Assembly: GCA_012295275.1 (NCBI GenBank)
Contig: CM022669.1
Coordinates: 4,774,001-4,838,000, forward strand
Length of the DNA: 64,000 nt
Origin: Chrysomallon squamiferum
Taxonomy: Eukaryota > Animalia > Mollusca
Direction: 5' to 3'
The position numbers and the translations under genes were made by a program. Position 1 is the stretch's first letter. Each line of letters opens with the position of its first letter. The notes under the pieces were generated by a model that made no database searches, was not told where the DNA came from, and worked only from the letters and a program-made list of their open reading frames with translations. Shown piece by piece: positions 13,783 to 28,405 of this stretch.

Positions 13783-14301
13783 CTTATCCTTGGGAAAGAA
13801 AGAATTGATTTCAACATATCCCTCCCTGGACCACACCCGAGGGTGACCCCTCATTAACTGACACACAGCCAGGGTGTTGGTGCGGGCGAGGTGGTGGGTG
13901 TTTTGGTTCTTTTTGTCGAATCTGTTCCACTCGTCACCTCTCTCCAGTCGCAGGTCGAGGTTGGCCACGGGGATTTTGGAATAGTCGACGATGATGTCCC
14001 CAACTTTCTTCTCGGTTTCCGGCTCTCCGTGTTCTTCGAAAGGTGTCAGGACGTGGCGAGTCTCTTGTTTCCTCTGCCAGGAAGGTTTTGACTGCAGACT
14101 TGGTTTTCTTCGCCAGGTTTTCGCCTCGAACTTCACAGACTTTTTCCTGAACAGTTCCAGGTCCAAAGGTACCTCTGAAATTATGCTTTCGATTTCGTTC
14201 TCTTCGGGAATGGTTTCTAGGTTTTGCTCTTCTTCAGAGGTTGGAGGTTCTGCTTTGAATTTGTCCACAGGGTTTCCAGGTTTTGTACTTGTCTGCCCCA
14301 T
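13783..14301 (-). CDS. unc-13: Alternative first coding exon of unc-13, 173 aa N-terminus (MGQTSTKPG...FFPKDK)
   Basis: GC/CpG-rich coding-like ORF, aaaATGG start with upstream in-frame TGA (about 14353-14355) and no credible acceptor. Donor AAG|GTAAGA in phase 0 matches the 9545 acceptor. Confidence 0.8.
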
Positions 14302-16126
14302 TTTAGTTATTAGTTGCTTTTCAAGTTTTTTTTTTAATAAAATACAGTTTAGTCATTCATTCTGGTGTATTTCCTTTAAGTAATAATGAAAGAATTATAA
14401 ACCAGAGCCCTGAGCTATAAATAATTAATTTTAATAAATAAATAAATTTAATAATAATGATGATAATAATAATAATAATGATAATAATAATAGTAACAGT
14501 AATAATAATAATAATAACAATAATAATAATAATAAATATAGTAATAACAAATAAATAATATTTCTCACTAAAAACCCAACTATTACATTTTATGCAACCC
14601 TGAAAGCTATACTAAACAGAATGTAACAAAAAAGATTGTAAACAACAAAATTAAACTAACCAAAGAAACCAATTTCAACCAGAGACTTAGACATCTTCAA
14701 TTTCCACAGAAACAAAGGTTTTTAACAAGAAATAACAAACTGAAATAACAATCAGAACAACTGTAACAGAATATATAATAATATGTAAAAGAAACTTTGT
14801 TATAAAGAGTGGAGATGAAACCAGATAGAAATTTAACATTTTTCACAAACATAAAGATGTAAAGTTATTTACAAACATAACAGAGTCAAATTATTGGGTA
14901 TGTATAAATAATGTTAATGTAACAGATATAATATAAATTATATTATATAAACCACTATGAAAGAGACAGCTGTAATTCATCATGAACACACTTCTACAAA
15001 TGACACAACAGAAATAAAATAACATAGCTCTTAAACTGAGCTAAAATTACTCAAAACTTATTATTATCCATTCCAAAACTGCCAATTTTACAAAAGAATT
15101 TGAAAACGTTCTTCAAATAACATGACAAAATAGAAATGATTATAAAAATAGAATAATAAAAATAAAAACACAGCAAAGAAACAAACAACAAAAGCAAACC
15201 AAAAATTCATGAAACCTTACAATCTCAAAAAATATTATTATACAAAACAGATCAGCCAGTTTTGACCACGAATTTTTCAAAAAAACACTTCATATCATAT
15301 GAAAAACAGAAATTTTTTAGAAAATATTATACTGAAATATTACCTAACACATGAGGGACCTGAAGTACTGAAGTAATATAATTATTTCATGGCAGGTTCT
15401 ATCAATTATAAAGACAAATGAAGCAGATGACTAGCACAACCGACGTAACACTGAAATAACAACTTAATAAAACCACGAAAAGACCTTTCACAAATATTAT
15501 GTCATCCTCAGAGAAAGAGGTTGAAAACAGAAATCTTGTACAGAATCTGGTGAATGACAAAATAAAGGAATTGAGCTTTTCTTCTTGAAATAACGAATAA
15601 AATATCTTTACAACACAATGAAGACAAATAAGTAAATGATCCGTAAGTGTTAATGAATAAAAGTACTCCATAGCTGCAATGTCAACAAAGAAAATAACAC
15701 AAAAACACTAAAATAAATAAATGAATAATAAGGACAGCATATTACTGAAACTTAATATGAAACAAATTCTTTATTACAGTGAAATAATATCAAATAAAAA
15801 CAAAAAAACTAAAGAACTTTTTTGGGGAGAGAATCTTTTCTGTATCAATATTTCAAAATATAATTCATGTTTTTTGAAAGTGTATTTCATTTGCCTCCCA
15901 CTTCATGGTATAAATCTGACAAACTTGGATATAAACTGGTTCCAGCCAGATGAAGTGTATATAGTTAGCAAGAGTAGCACACACAATAAAAAACATATTG
16001 TTATTAGCCAATACAGTAGTCAATGAACCAAAAATGGTTGTAATAATTAAATGTAGCCAATAACCAACTTCTAATAGTCATAGTCATTGAAGTAGTCGAT
16101 ATAACATCTGGTTGTAATCAGTAAAG

Positions 16127-16690
16127 TAGTCAGTACAACAACCAACTGGTTGTAGTCACTAAGACTGTAGTCAGTACAATAACTAACTGGTTGTAGTCAC
16201 TAAGACTGTAGTCAGTACAATAACTAACTGGTTGTAGTCACTAAGACTGTAGTCAGTACAATAACTAACTGGTTGTAGTCACTAAGACTTTAGTCAGTAC
16301 AACAACTAACTGGTTGTAGTCACTAATACTTTAGTCATTACAGTAACAAACTGGTTATAGTCACTAATACTTTAGTCAGTACAATAACTAACTGGTTGTA
16401 GTCACTAATACTTTAGTCATTACAACAACAAACTGGTTATAGTCACTAATACTTTAGTCAGTACAATAACTAACTGGTTGTAGTCACTAAGACTTTAGTC
16501 AGTACAACAACTAACTGGTTGTAGTCACTAAGACTTTAGTCAGTACAACTAACTGGTTGTAGTCACTAAGACTTTAGTCAGTACAACAACTAACTGATTG
16601 TAGTCACTAAGACTGTAGTCAGTACAACAACAAACTGGTTGTAGTCACTAAGACTTTAGTCAGTACAACAACAAACTGGTTGTAGTCAAT
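16127..16690. repeat. Minisatellite, 41-bp unit, about 13-14 copies
   Basis: Unit TAGTCAGTACAATAACTAACTGGTTGTAGTCACTAAGACT(G/T), head-to-tail with no spacers; degenerate copies on both flanks. Confidence 0.95.
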
Positions 16691-17488
16691 AAATTAGCCA
16701 ACAATGTCAACATAGTAAGTAAATTAGCCAATAAAACAACAACTTCAATATACTCACTAAAGTAGCCAATATATCAGAAAAGTTATTATTATTATATGCA
16801 TCATTTTTTTTTTTTTTATTATTTTTAAATTTACATTTATGCAAATATAACTAAAAAAATCTTACTAATATTATTATTATTATATATATTGTTTTTTGAT
16901 TTTATTATTATTTCTTATTTTTTCATATTTATATATATATATAAACAAAATATCTACTACAATTTCTGTACTACAGCAGAGATCACTTACACTGACTTTG
17001 TATGCCTTTTGTTGAAACTGGTCACATTTATTTGATAAACTGACATTTAAAACATTCTACAATAACACAATTAACGTGGCAATTATAATAATTTCTGTGC
17101 GATAATAAGTAAGTGATTAACTTAATGGCTGGATAATTTGTAGTAATTAATGTCAGATGACCATTATGAGGATGGATAACAGTAGTTTAATTAGAGGAAA
17201 TTTATTTTTATGAAACAGTTCAGAATGACATTTACTTAGTGTAAAACATAATTAGTGTGGGGCACCAGGATAAAAGCTAGTAACAAGAGATCAAGATAAA
17301 GTAAGCTTCAGTACACTTAATTTTGGGACACCGAAATAATGCAAACACTGGGTCTTAATATTGTAACAAGAAAATGCCTCGCAAGATTACAAATCAAAGA
17401 GAAAATTAATAATAATATTATTACATAAATAAATTCATTAGACAATTAGTAAAAAGTTTATTTAATGATTCTATAAGTCAAAAAATAA

Positions 17489-17529
<41 letters not shown>

Positions 17530-19870
17530 TGATAATAAAACATAAAATAAACAGCAAATTAAAAAAACCAGTTAAATGACTTCTGTTAAGATATCTTAAC
17601 AAGTTTTAAATCTTTTACATAATTTTTTTTTTATTTTTTTTTTAAAGTCAGAAAAGCTGTTTTTTAAATTTCAGATCACTAAAAATACCAAAAGCAATGG
17701 ATTAATAAAACGAAAGCTCTTTCAGTGATTTTGTATCTGCATGAAATCTGGAAATCAATATTTAACAAATACTAACATTACTGTTGGATGTGAACAACTC
17801 ATTAAGTTTTAGCCCTTAGGAAACATCTCTCACCCATTTAGTTTTAGTATAAACAATATTGTCACATTATATCTGTCTATCTCTTTATCTCTATCTATCT
17901 ACATTTAACAGATATAGATATTGATATAGATATATACACACACATACACAAAACCCTGAGAAGAAAAAAATATATATATATATATTTTAATTTCTATAGC
18001 TACTTTAATCCACTAGTTTTGGCCAGTCTTCTTTTGGAAACACTTTACAGTCAGTTTAACAGCTAGGTTTGGTTAGTGCTGTGCTATAGTTTATGACTAT
18101 ATTTTTCTCACAAAGAATGGCTGCAAGCATAATTAGTACTGAACCACCAATACACTGCAAACTATTGATAGCTAAAATAAAACTAGCAACTGGCCACCAA
18201 GATATATCCAGTATTGGGCCACAATGATACAACCAGTAGTGGACTATAAAGATATAATCATGAATTGGCCATGAAAATAAAAACAGGATCAGATCGTCAA
18301 GATATAATGAGCTTCAGACCTCTAACTGTTAACTTTGAGACACCAAAACATTACCAATATTCAGCCATAATGTTGTAATAACAATTTCACAACAAAAATA
18401 AAACTTGCTTTGGGCCACCAAAGAATAGCAGCTTGTAATTTTTTAATAAAAATCCAAGAAAAAAAAAAAAAAAAAAAGAGAAAAAGATGTTAATGAGCAA
18501 ATGATAGTTCACTGACACGTGAGTAGGAAGACAATGATGGGTATCAACAACATGTTCAATTAATAGTGGTCAGTGCTAAACACTACCAAATAACAAGCCT
18601 GAGTTAGCTGCTGTCCATCTCTAAGTGACAAACAAATTCATCAATGGGTAGCTTTGGTCACAGGACAATTAAAACAGAAGATGGTGGACAACCTGACCCC
18701 CCCCCCAGATGCTTCTTGACCTTGTAAAAAGAAAGTTTTTAAATGAAGAAGAATATACAAGTAGAAACTGTGATTTTAGTTGTTTTATTAAACAAGAGAG
18801 AAATAGAAAGAAGAAACAGAGAAAAAGTTAGAGTGTAATAAAAAGGAAAAATAATTTAAAATTTTATAACATGAAAAAAACCCAGTTCTAAATGCACCAA
18901 CAACTTGTAGTTTCCACAAAGACCAAGACTATTTTAAAGCCAAAACATTCCATAACATATCATTACTTTTTTTAATGATGCTTTTATCTTTTTCCTTCAA
19001 GGCTGAGCCACCACTGTACAAACCAAAGGACTAGCTACTTCTGTTTTAAGCATAATGCCATTATTCTACCAGAACAGGTCTGCAAAGGATTCATTAGTTT
19101 GGTATAATGAATATTTTTTTTTTTAATGTCCATTTGGGCTGACTACTTTTGTTTTTAATGTGAAAAATAACCTCCAGTGGATGTTTAATCAACAAACAGC
19201 CTAAATTGGACAATGAGAGAATTGTTACATTAAGACAAAACTAATTTATATTTCCAGTCTCATACAAAATCTGAATTGTGACCTGCACTATAACAATACT
19301 GAAGGACAGTGACAGAATTGCCATTTTAACATTTCCATTTGTTTTCAATGTCATACAGGATATGGAAAATAGTCACCACTGGATACTGAACAGCCAACAT
19401 TGAACAATGACAGAAGTGCCATTTTAACAAAAAGAATTATAAGTCTGTTTCTTGAAACAGAGAAACTTTTTTCAGTGCCACACGGGACAAACTTGTTACA
19501 TTGCCCAGTCAAGGCTATTTGCAATTCCTGGTTCAAACATAACACATTTCTGAACAGTTATTACGTAAGTTCTGCTTCCAAGTTGACACATCATCACTTC
19601 ACATATCAGAAAACATAATGTGCCCAAAATCACTGCCACCTTATCACCTTTCTTTTCATGGCTGCCACAGACATGTTGAGTGGGGAGGGCAATCTGCTGC
19701 ACACATTAACAGCAGCCCATGGGAGAGATAACAGAGATGAAGAATGCCAGGTTTCTAATAGAAATGTAGCTTTGATCTGTGTATGTATGTATTTATAAAT
19801 TCATATGATAATGGTGATTAATAGTTGTCACAAGAGTTTTCATTTTGCTAAATATATGTGTGTCTGTGTA

Positions 19871-19907
<37 letters not shown>

Positions 19908-22900
19908 TGTATATATATGTGTGTGTATAAATTTCTATTAGTGTGTATGTTTGTATGTTTTATATACGTATATTAGTTTATGATTATGTATGTATGTAAA
20001 TATGTATATATTTTGTTGCATGTACATATGCATATATGTCTGACATATATGGATTTTATATATATACATGAATACATATAAATATATGTATGTATCTATG
20101 TTTTGTGTGTGTATGCATATATGTGGTATGTATGGATTTAATAAACTAGTTAAAGGGCTTTGATGGTGAAGAAAAATTCCTGTAGAAGAGGTACTGGAAA
20201 GGATTGGTTTTGTAACCTTCAATGGCTTTACCATTTCTATGTCCATTAAACTACATGATTTCTGAATACATTATCTTTTAATGAATATTACAGAATTTTT
20301 ATAAAGAAAGCAAAGAAAACCAAAATGTATTTCATTTCCCATTAAGAATCTCAACTGGCAATGTGTGATTTAATCAGTAAAAATAATTAATTTCCTGACA
20401 TCACATTGGATATTTGTTTGTTTAGGCTGATTAAGCAGATGTTTGTACAAATGAAGCTAAACCTGAAGGTGAATCCTATAGAAATCTGTACAAGTGAAAT
20501 ACTGAACATGGTGAATATATAATAAGATTCTAACATCAGTTGGTCAGATGTCTCAGAGGGTTACTCCTACTGGCTTTGCCGCAAGAATTCTTACATACAC
20601 CAGTGACTGGAATGGGAAAAGTAGCTCTGGCTGAATATCAGGAACTACTAATTCTTCAAATCACTGCTTCTCATGCAAGTGCTCATTTCATACAATATTG
20701 ATATATAGACAGACATTAGAACTGTCAAAAATAAAATCTAAAGTTAAGAATGCAAATTCTTTAAGGTAGATTCATAGTTTTTTAAAGACAATTTTACAGG
20801 TAAAAATAGTGATTTTCTTAACACAATCAACACATGAAATACATATTTTATATGCTTGTAAACTTAGGTAAAAAAAAAAAACTTGATTTTTCAAAGGTAA
20901 ATTCAAAGCTAAAGATAAAAATCTTCAAGGTATATTTATTTTTTTTTTTTTTTTTTTAAAGATAATCAATATATAAAATACATATTGTGTTGGTAGACTG
21001 AGATAAACAAAATGTAAATTTACAGTTAAAACAAACCACAGTGAACCTATCACCTGTGACAAGATCAGAACTCTCCAGTTGGTTAAAACATGAAACTGTA
21101 TTTACTTATATTTTTACTGATAACTTTACAAGCTGTTACAAATATTGTTTACAAATGTTCTCTTTTTTTAAAATAATTTTTATCAAGTCTTCAGATCACT
21201 TACTGATTTCATATTCATATTTTTGTAACATTTTAAAAATATTTTTTTATTTTTGTGTTTTCTTTTTGAATATATGAATGAATAAATGCTGCATTACCTA
21301 ACATATTGTTTTTATATTTAACTTTGCTAAGGTGAATTTCTAAATTATAATGACAATAAGAAAGTTGAAGACAACTGCCACCATATGATACCATTACCAA
21401 ACAGCAGTAAATAATCTTGTACACTTGTCATATATGTCTGTTAGATAAGAATACACCAGATACTGAGACACTGGGCTGAATGGGAAATACCCCAATGTGT
21501 ACATCTGGGAGACTGGATCCTGTAACCCACATCTTCTTTGGCAACAATTTTATATTTTGTGTGTTACAGCTAACTACTGATATTGTGTGATATATTACTG
21601 TATTCCACTGGCATTTATCTGAACTGAGTGTTGATTAGCTTTTCTTTATAACAGACACTGTTATATACAAGGTTATACACCACACAATATTATATGTTTA
21701 TATATATTAGTAAGGTTGTCTTTAACTCACAAAACTGTGTATCCAGACTGCTCAAAATAATCCAAGAAAAAAAAACATAAATCCATTCCAGAAAACACAA
21801 GGAAGAAATATTTATAACAACCACACAAAGATATATCCAATTTAATATCTAATCACTGGAGCTTTTTAAATATTCTCATCATAAATAATAATTTTAAAAA
21901 TTATATAAAATGAATGTAATAATAATATTAAAAATAATAATTAAAAAATCAAGTATATAAAAAGGATACCATAAATATAAATAAAATAAATATTTATAAC
22001 CCAGCATATAGATATAACCTGAAAAACAGCTGGTTACCAAATTTGTAAACAAATAAATAAATAAATAAATAAATATCTGATAAAGAAAATCCGATACATT
22101 CAGTATTAAACCCTAATAAATAAAATAATTTGATTTCCTAACTTCATATTAAATAAATAAATAAATTAATTAATTAAAAGATTTCATAAAACAAAAATAA
22201 AAAAGTAATAATAATGAGAACAAAATAACAAGATCAATAACAGCAACAGTAAAATACTGAGTAAAAAACTTAAATCAATAAATAAGATAATAATAATAAA
22301 AAAATATATATAAAAAAAAGAGTCAAAAATAAAATTATAATAAAGATAATAAAGTTAATAAAAAAAAAAAAAAAAAAAAATAATTTTTGAACACAAGTGC
22401 TATGTTAATCCATTGAATCAGCTTTGAAAAAAAGTGAAATAAATAAAATAAATAAAATAAATAAATAAATAAATAAATAAATAAAATAAATAAATAAATA
22501 AATAAGCAAGCTATCATAAAACATAAAGATAAAAAGGTAATATTTATGAAAAAAAAGATTCAGTGAGAACAAGCAAAACTGTAATGAAAAGAACAACTTT
22601 TTTTTTTTAAATTAGCAAATAAGTAAGTAAGTAAGTAACTAAGCAAGTAAGTAAGTAAGTAAATAAATAGTTTATCATAAAATGTAAAGTTAAAAAAGTA
22701 ATGCTTATGTATTTAAAAATAAATAAATAAATAAATAAATAAACAAAGGAACACTAATCAAAACTAAACAAAAAACAGAAAAACAAAACCAAGAATGACC
22801 ACTTCCAATGCTGAGTATTAAACAAACACACAATAATCCACGCGAAAGATAAAAGATACACACACACAACTTTGTGACATTAGTAACGACACCAGAAACA

Positions 22901-23305
22901 ACTCAATCCATATCAGAAACAACAAGCCTGTCAATGATCCTTCTGAATTATGGAAAACAATATAACTGCTTGGAAAACAGCGACACACGTTTAACCCTTT
23001 ACAACCTGGTCTACTTGTCGTACTACAGTAATAACAGGCTCTTTAAAATGCACTTGAGGTAATTCCAGCGTTGTGGCTTGTCACTGTTGCTTCCTGACCA
23101 GCAGTGAGATGACAGATCGACTGAACTGGCTGCCAGTGTGCTGTTCAGTTCAACAAAATTGACCAATTATCTCCCTTGCATCAGCATGGCTTAATTGCTG
23201 TAATCTTTGTAAGAGGAGTTGTCTCCCTGGAGGGTTTAACCAGGAAGATGGTGGAAGGTGGTAGGTAAAGGGGGTGAAAGAGGAAGGGAGAGAGAGGCAG
23301 GAAGT

Positions 23306-23344
<39 letters not shown>

Positions 23345-23839
23345 CGTGTTTATATAAGTATGTATGTGTGTGTGTGTCTGTGTGTGTTATCTGTGAGCCT
23401 GAAAAACAGAGAGAGTGAAAGAGACAGACAGAAAAAAAAAGAACATAGAAATTATCAAATTATCACTTAACACTGAACAAACTGACCTTAGCCTATTTGT
23501 TTTATTCTACTGCAGGTACACTTTAACCAGTACACATTACAAAAACACAAACTGAACTAATGACTTTAAAAGTGTAATCAAGTATATACAATGACTTAGT
23601 TATCACTGAGTAACAGTGGGAACAGGCAGATGTTATATAACTGTTTATCTCAGAAAGGATACAACACACCGAACACGATCAAGATTTATATCTATGCAGC
23701 ATGTTTCTCAGTTCACAGATGTTTTTTACAAAGTCATGTCAAACTGTTACCTGCATGAATATTCACTCCTATATACAGAAACACACACCCCCAACAGTGA
23801 CACAGGGGGAAAAACTGAGAGGTAGAGATACAGAGAGAC

Positions 23840-23895
<56 letters not shown>

Positions 23896-25737
23896 ATAAT
23901 TATATTTTAACAACAAAAAATTACCTAAACAAAATTAAAATAATTCTAAAGTTGAAAAGAATTTTTTTTTTTTTTTTTCCCATAAAATATATAACTGTAA
24001 ATAACTGTTTCAGGTTTTGTTCTTGTCATGTAATTTGGGAAATAAAAATAATATATATATATATATATAAATTCAAATTTTATTTTTTCAAGTTAGATAT
24101 AACCTATGATACTGCTGCTGCTGTTGTTAATGTTGTTGTTCCTATTACTGCTGTAGTTGCCACTGCTGATGTTATTATGATGCAGCAAATCATTCTAGGT
24201 TATGTTATAACTACATTTAATTGTATGTAGTGTGATATTAACTGCTATTATAACTGGGTATATATTAACTCATATTTCGCTATCAGTCATTAACACACTT
24301 TGTTATATTAACACCACAAGACACATACATATATTAACAGTGTTGTGTACAGTATGTTTCTGTCTGTAACAAAGAAACCTAGGTTACTGAATAAAAAGTA
24401 TGAAATTGTTTTGTTATCGTAAAAATTATTTATTTATATTAATACTTATTTATTTATTTATATGTTTGTTATGTGGATTTTCACTTCACAGTTTAGGTAT
24501 TGCACTTTGAAACATTAAATAAATCATATAATACGGAAAGATATTAGCTATAGTTGTTTACACTCATAATAAAATAACCATGTTTTTTTTTTTTCTCTCT
24601 ACTTATCTTTCCTTCAGTTATTAATGACATTAATGAATGAGACATAGATTATAATGTTAAGCTGTTGTCCCATGTCTGGAAGGTCCTGAGATCATGTCTT
24701 ATTGCCAAATTAAAATAATGACAAACTAATGTAACTCACTGTTAAATAAATCAAAAAAATTCTGGTTTTGTGTGCCCAAAGAAAATGTTTTTCACTTACA
24801 TTCATTAGAATTCTAAAATATTTTCAAATTAATTTTGCTGTAGAGAGAACTACGACATAAGTCCATGATTAGCATGCTTAAACCACTGATCTGTACATTT
24901 ATGAATAATGTATATCAGGATTCAAGACACCTATGTTTTAATATCATTTCTGTTACTTAATATAATATATATAGATATTAAACATATCCCAGTTACATAT
25001 CATTTGACATATCATAAATATGAATTCTAACAGGTGTAATATTAACAGATAGTACACCTAATACTGTTAAATATTATTCAACAACACACAAGCGAGGATT
25101 TTTAAAAAGAAATAAAAAGATTTCAGTGTCAGTGACTTTCTAAATTTCTTACGACATCTCTGTGATTGACCTGCCACACTGACTATTCCATTTTGTATGA
25201 AAACCTACTCAGGGGACATAATTTGTTAAATCTTTTATCAGAAAAGACAAGAAAGAAGGATTTTGTTTTCTAGACGTTTGATTGTCATGAAATACTTGCA
25301 TTTATCTTGCTGAATATAAATGTCTTCATTTAAAATCTTATTTGGGATTCCATTATTTACACTGACTTTAAAATTCCAAATTAAAACAAAAACACCTGTA
25401 GCAAATTTAATTCATTTTTTTTTTGTTTTTAGATATATCTCTCTCTCTCTCTTTTCCAGATAAAAACATTTTGAACATAAATAGATGTACATATATACAC
25501 ACACATCAACACACAAACTTTATCAAAACACCCACACACTACACACACACATAACACACATACACACTCACACACACACAGAGACAGACACACACACACC
25601 ACCTACACACACACACACAGACATACACACACACACAGAGACACACACACACAGACACACCTACACACACACACACAGACAGACACACTCACACAGACAC
25701 ACACACTCAGCCAACACACACACACACACAGACTAAC

Positions 25738-26319
25738 CTTCAGCACATCACAACCACCAGTATCAGACTGTGACCTTTGCTGCCATCTCCAAAGTTTTAC
25801 TTGAAAATCAAAGTCGTCGTGCAGCTGTGCCACAGCATCAGCATCTGCCGCATCGTCACGAAGCAACCTATCTGGCGACATTCTTTGCAAGTACATCTTC
25901 AACAACATCCAGTGCTTCAGGCCACCTGTCGGGAAGTCATCATATTTCTCCATGTCTTCCTCTGCCTCGGAATGTTCATCTGCCTCTTGGCATTCCTCAC
26001 TGTTAGAACAGTCCCCTGCCTCAAGACCACTTTCCACCTTTGGATCAGTTTCGGATCTTTGACCAGTTTCCAGTTTTTGACATTTTTCTGGCTTTAGTCC
26101 ATTTTCTAGTTCTGGACAGTTTTGTGATGTCTGACCACTTCTGAGTTTTGGACAGAACTCTGGCCGAATGCCGCTTTCCAGTTTTGTTCTGATTTCTGGA
26201 ATTATGAAGTCCTCTGCATCTGGATGGTCTACAATGTCTAGAAAGTCCTCCTCTGAGCTTTCTTTATCTTTGTCATTAGTTTCAAACAGTGCTTCCAGTT
26301 TTTCCAACACACCACCCAT
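25738..26319 (-). CDS. unc-13: Alternative first coding exon of unc-13, 194 aa acidic N-terminus (MGGVLEKLEALF...GGCDVLK)
   Basis: Long high-complexity ORF in AT-rich intron. In-frame TAA 9 nt before the ATG with no AG in between. Donor AAG|GTTAGT in phase 0 matches the 9545 acceptor; the ORF-track tail beyond it is (GT)n intron. Confidence 0.75.
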
Positions 26320-28332
26320 TATGTTTTAGGTTTTAAATACAGACTTTAAAAATTGTTCCTAGTTTTTTGTTTTCTGTATATTCTCTTTTTGTTGTAGTTG
26401 TTTTTTTGCAATTATTTGCAAAGGTAATGTGAATACTAATAATTACAAATCTTTCTTTATTTCTGAGAGCAATCAGGTAATCCACTTTGAGGGTATTATT
26501 TTAAAATCTTAAAGTCAAAATTCCATCAGGATTCACAAAGTTCTTTGATTCTGTGGCTTTACACAAATATATTTATTTGTCCGAATTATCATTGAGTAAA
26601 AACAATAAAACAATTTTCAAAAATAATTCTTGCAAAGATTTGAGCCTTTGCAATGACTCTGCCAACTGGAAAGTGAACAACAGTATTAGTTTCTCATTTG
26701 AGCTGGTTTGTTATTCTATAAATCTGCAATCATTCCATCAAAAAGTTACTAAAATCACTGCTTCATTGTTTGATCAGACTTTCAATGTTTTAAACACAAA
26801 AACACACCAGCTGAAAGAAGTATTCAGTTTACATTAAGACATCTTTTCTATGGTAAAATAATAAAGAGTTTTTTAAAACTCTGCGAACTACAATGTTTTT
26901 TTTTTTTTTTAATGATCACTTAAAATTTATTAAAATTCAGACTCCATTAGTATTTATTTCCACACAAGTTCATGTTCAGAATAACGAATCCAGAGCTCTG
27001 AAACCTTCCAGTATCAGTAGCAGTGCAGTAAACTGAGAAATAAAAAAACCCAATCCTGATACCTTAACACATTATCTTATACTCCGTCACTTTAGATTTT
27101 AGTTATTTTCCTGTTATATGTACAGGTAATAAACATACCTGTAATTTAATTTTCACTCATTTAATTCATCTGTCTCAAAATCTGAATAAACAAGTAAAAT
27201 CAACAAAAAAACGACGCCACTGAAATAAGCAGCACTGTATTTCACTTGTCTCTACAAAAATACTGCTATCTTCAAATGATCAGTGTTTGAAATCTATAAA
27301 ACTATAACTTATTGTAAAAACAATCTAGCGTGGTCCATCCTCTGCTGGTAGACTATCACACAAAGGTTTAATAAATTTGAGTATTGCACCTGCTAATACA
27401 AATATATGTATTTATCTAACGGTTTGGCTGACTAATGGTTCCGGATACCCACATGTTACAAGGAAGTTTGTAGTTGTCACATTTAGTGAGTGTAATCATT
27501 ACCTTACAACTCTTCTACCAGCGGTGGCACCATTTCAATACTGCTGCAGAAATTATCTTGTTTTTCATACAATGCCAGACACAGGCATTTGAATGCTTGT
27601 ATTTTTTTATTATTATTTTATTATTATTATTATTATTTCTTTTTTCTTCTGTAAGATACTGTTACATACAATCTTGAATGCAATGTAATCTGAATTATAA
27701 TTTGAAATATATTGATTAAAATTAATGGTATAAAAAATTAAATAAACTATCTATATTTTGTATTACACATTTTAAACTGAATTATTTTATTTTATTTTTT
27801 TTAATTTTTAAAACTAAAGTTCAAAAATTTAAGATTATGATTCACTATTAAATAATTGCAAATCAAAGTTAAATTTAAATTTAAATTAAAATTAATTTTC
27901 AAATATAAAATTTATTATTTATTTATTTTATTTTATTTTATTTTATTTTATTTTATTTACTTGTTTATTTATTTCTAATTTTCTAGTTCTAATATTAAGT
28001 TTTAGTTTATAAAATCAATTTACTGATATCTGCAAATACTATTTCAAGCAACAGACTGTTTATTAATACAACTTATCGTACCATTACAAAAATAATAATG
28101 CTTCTCTTATTAGGTGTTAGTGATCAAAACAACTGAACTTACTGTTTTCTATATGACTGGTCACCACTGTGAAGATTTTCTCTCTCACTGATTTATAAAA
28201 GGCATAACAAAAACAGTGTGAAATATTGTTTATGCTTTTCCATTCATAGTGATTAAGAATGTCAAAATAATATTTTCCAGACTGATAGTTCAAGATAGTC
28301 AGAAAGAGATAATGGTTTCTGTATTACTTGTT

Positions 28333-28405
<73 letters not shown>

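Noticed and set aside
13891-14383. Plus-strand ORFs overlapping the 13783-14301 exon (likewise 25770-26097, 31927-32139, 42090-42350)
   Set aside because: Antisense shadows of GC-richer minus-strand exons; no independent support.
16127-16690. 41-bp array (and the 47-, 25- and 22-bp arrays) as CRISPR arrays
   Set aside because: Units are head-to-tail with no unique spacers, there are no cas genes, and the context is a eukaryotic intron; these are minisatellites.
19630-19720. ATG GGC TGC TGT (MGCC, dual acylation-like) or MSVAAMKRK with phase-0 GT as another first exon
   Set aside because: MGCC is followed immediately by TAA, and the donors (GTGGCA, GTGATA) are weak; insufficient support.
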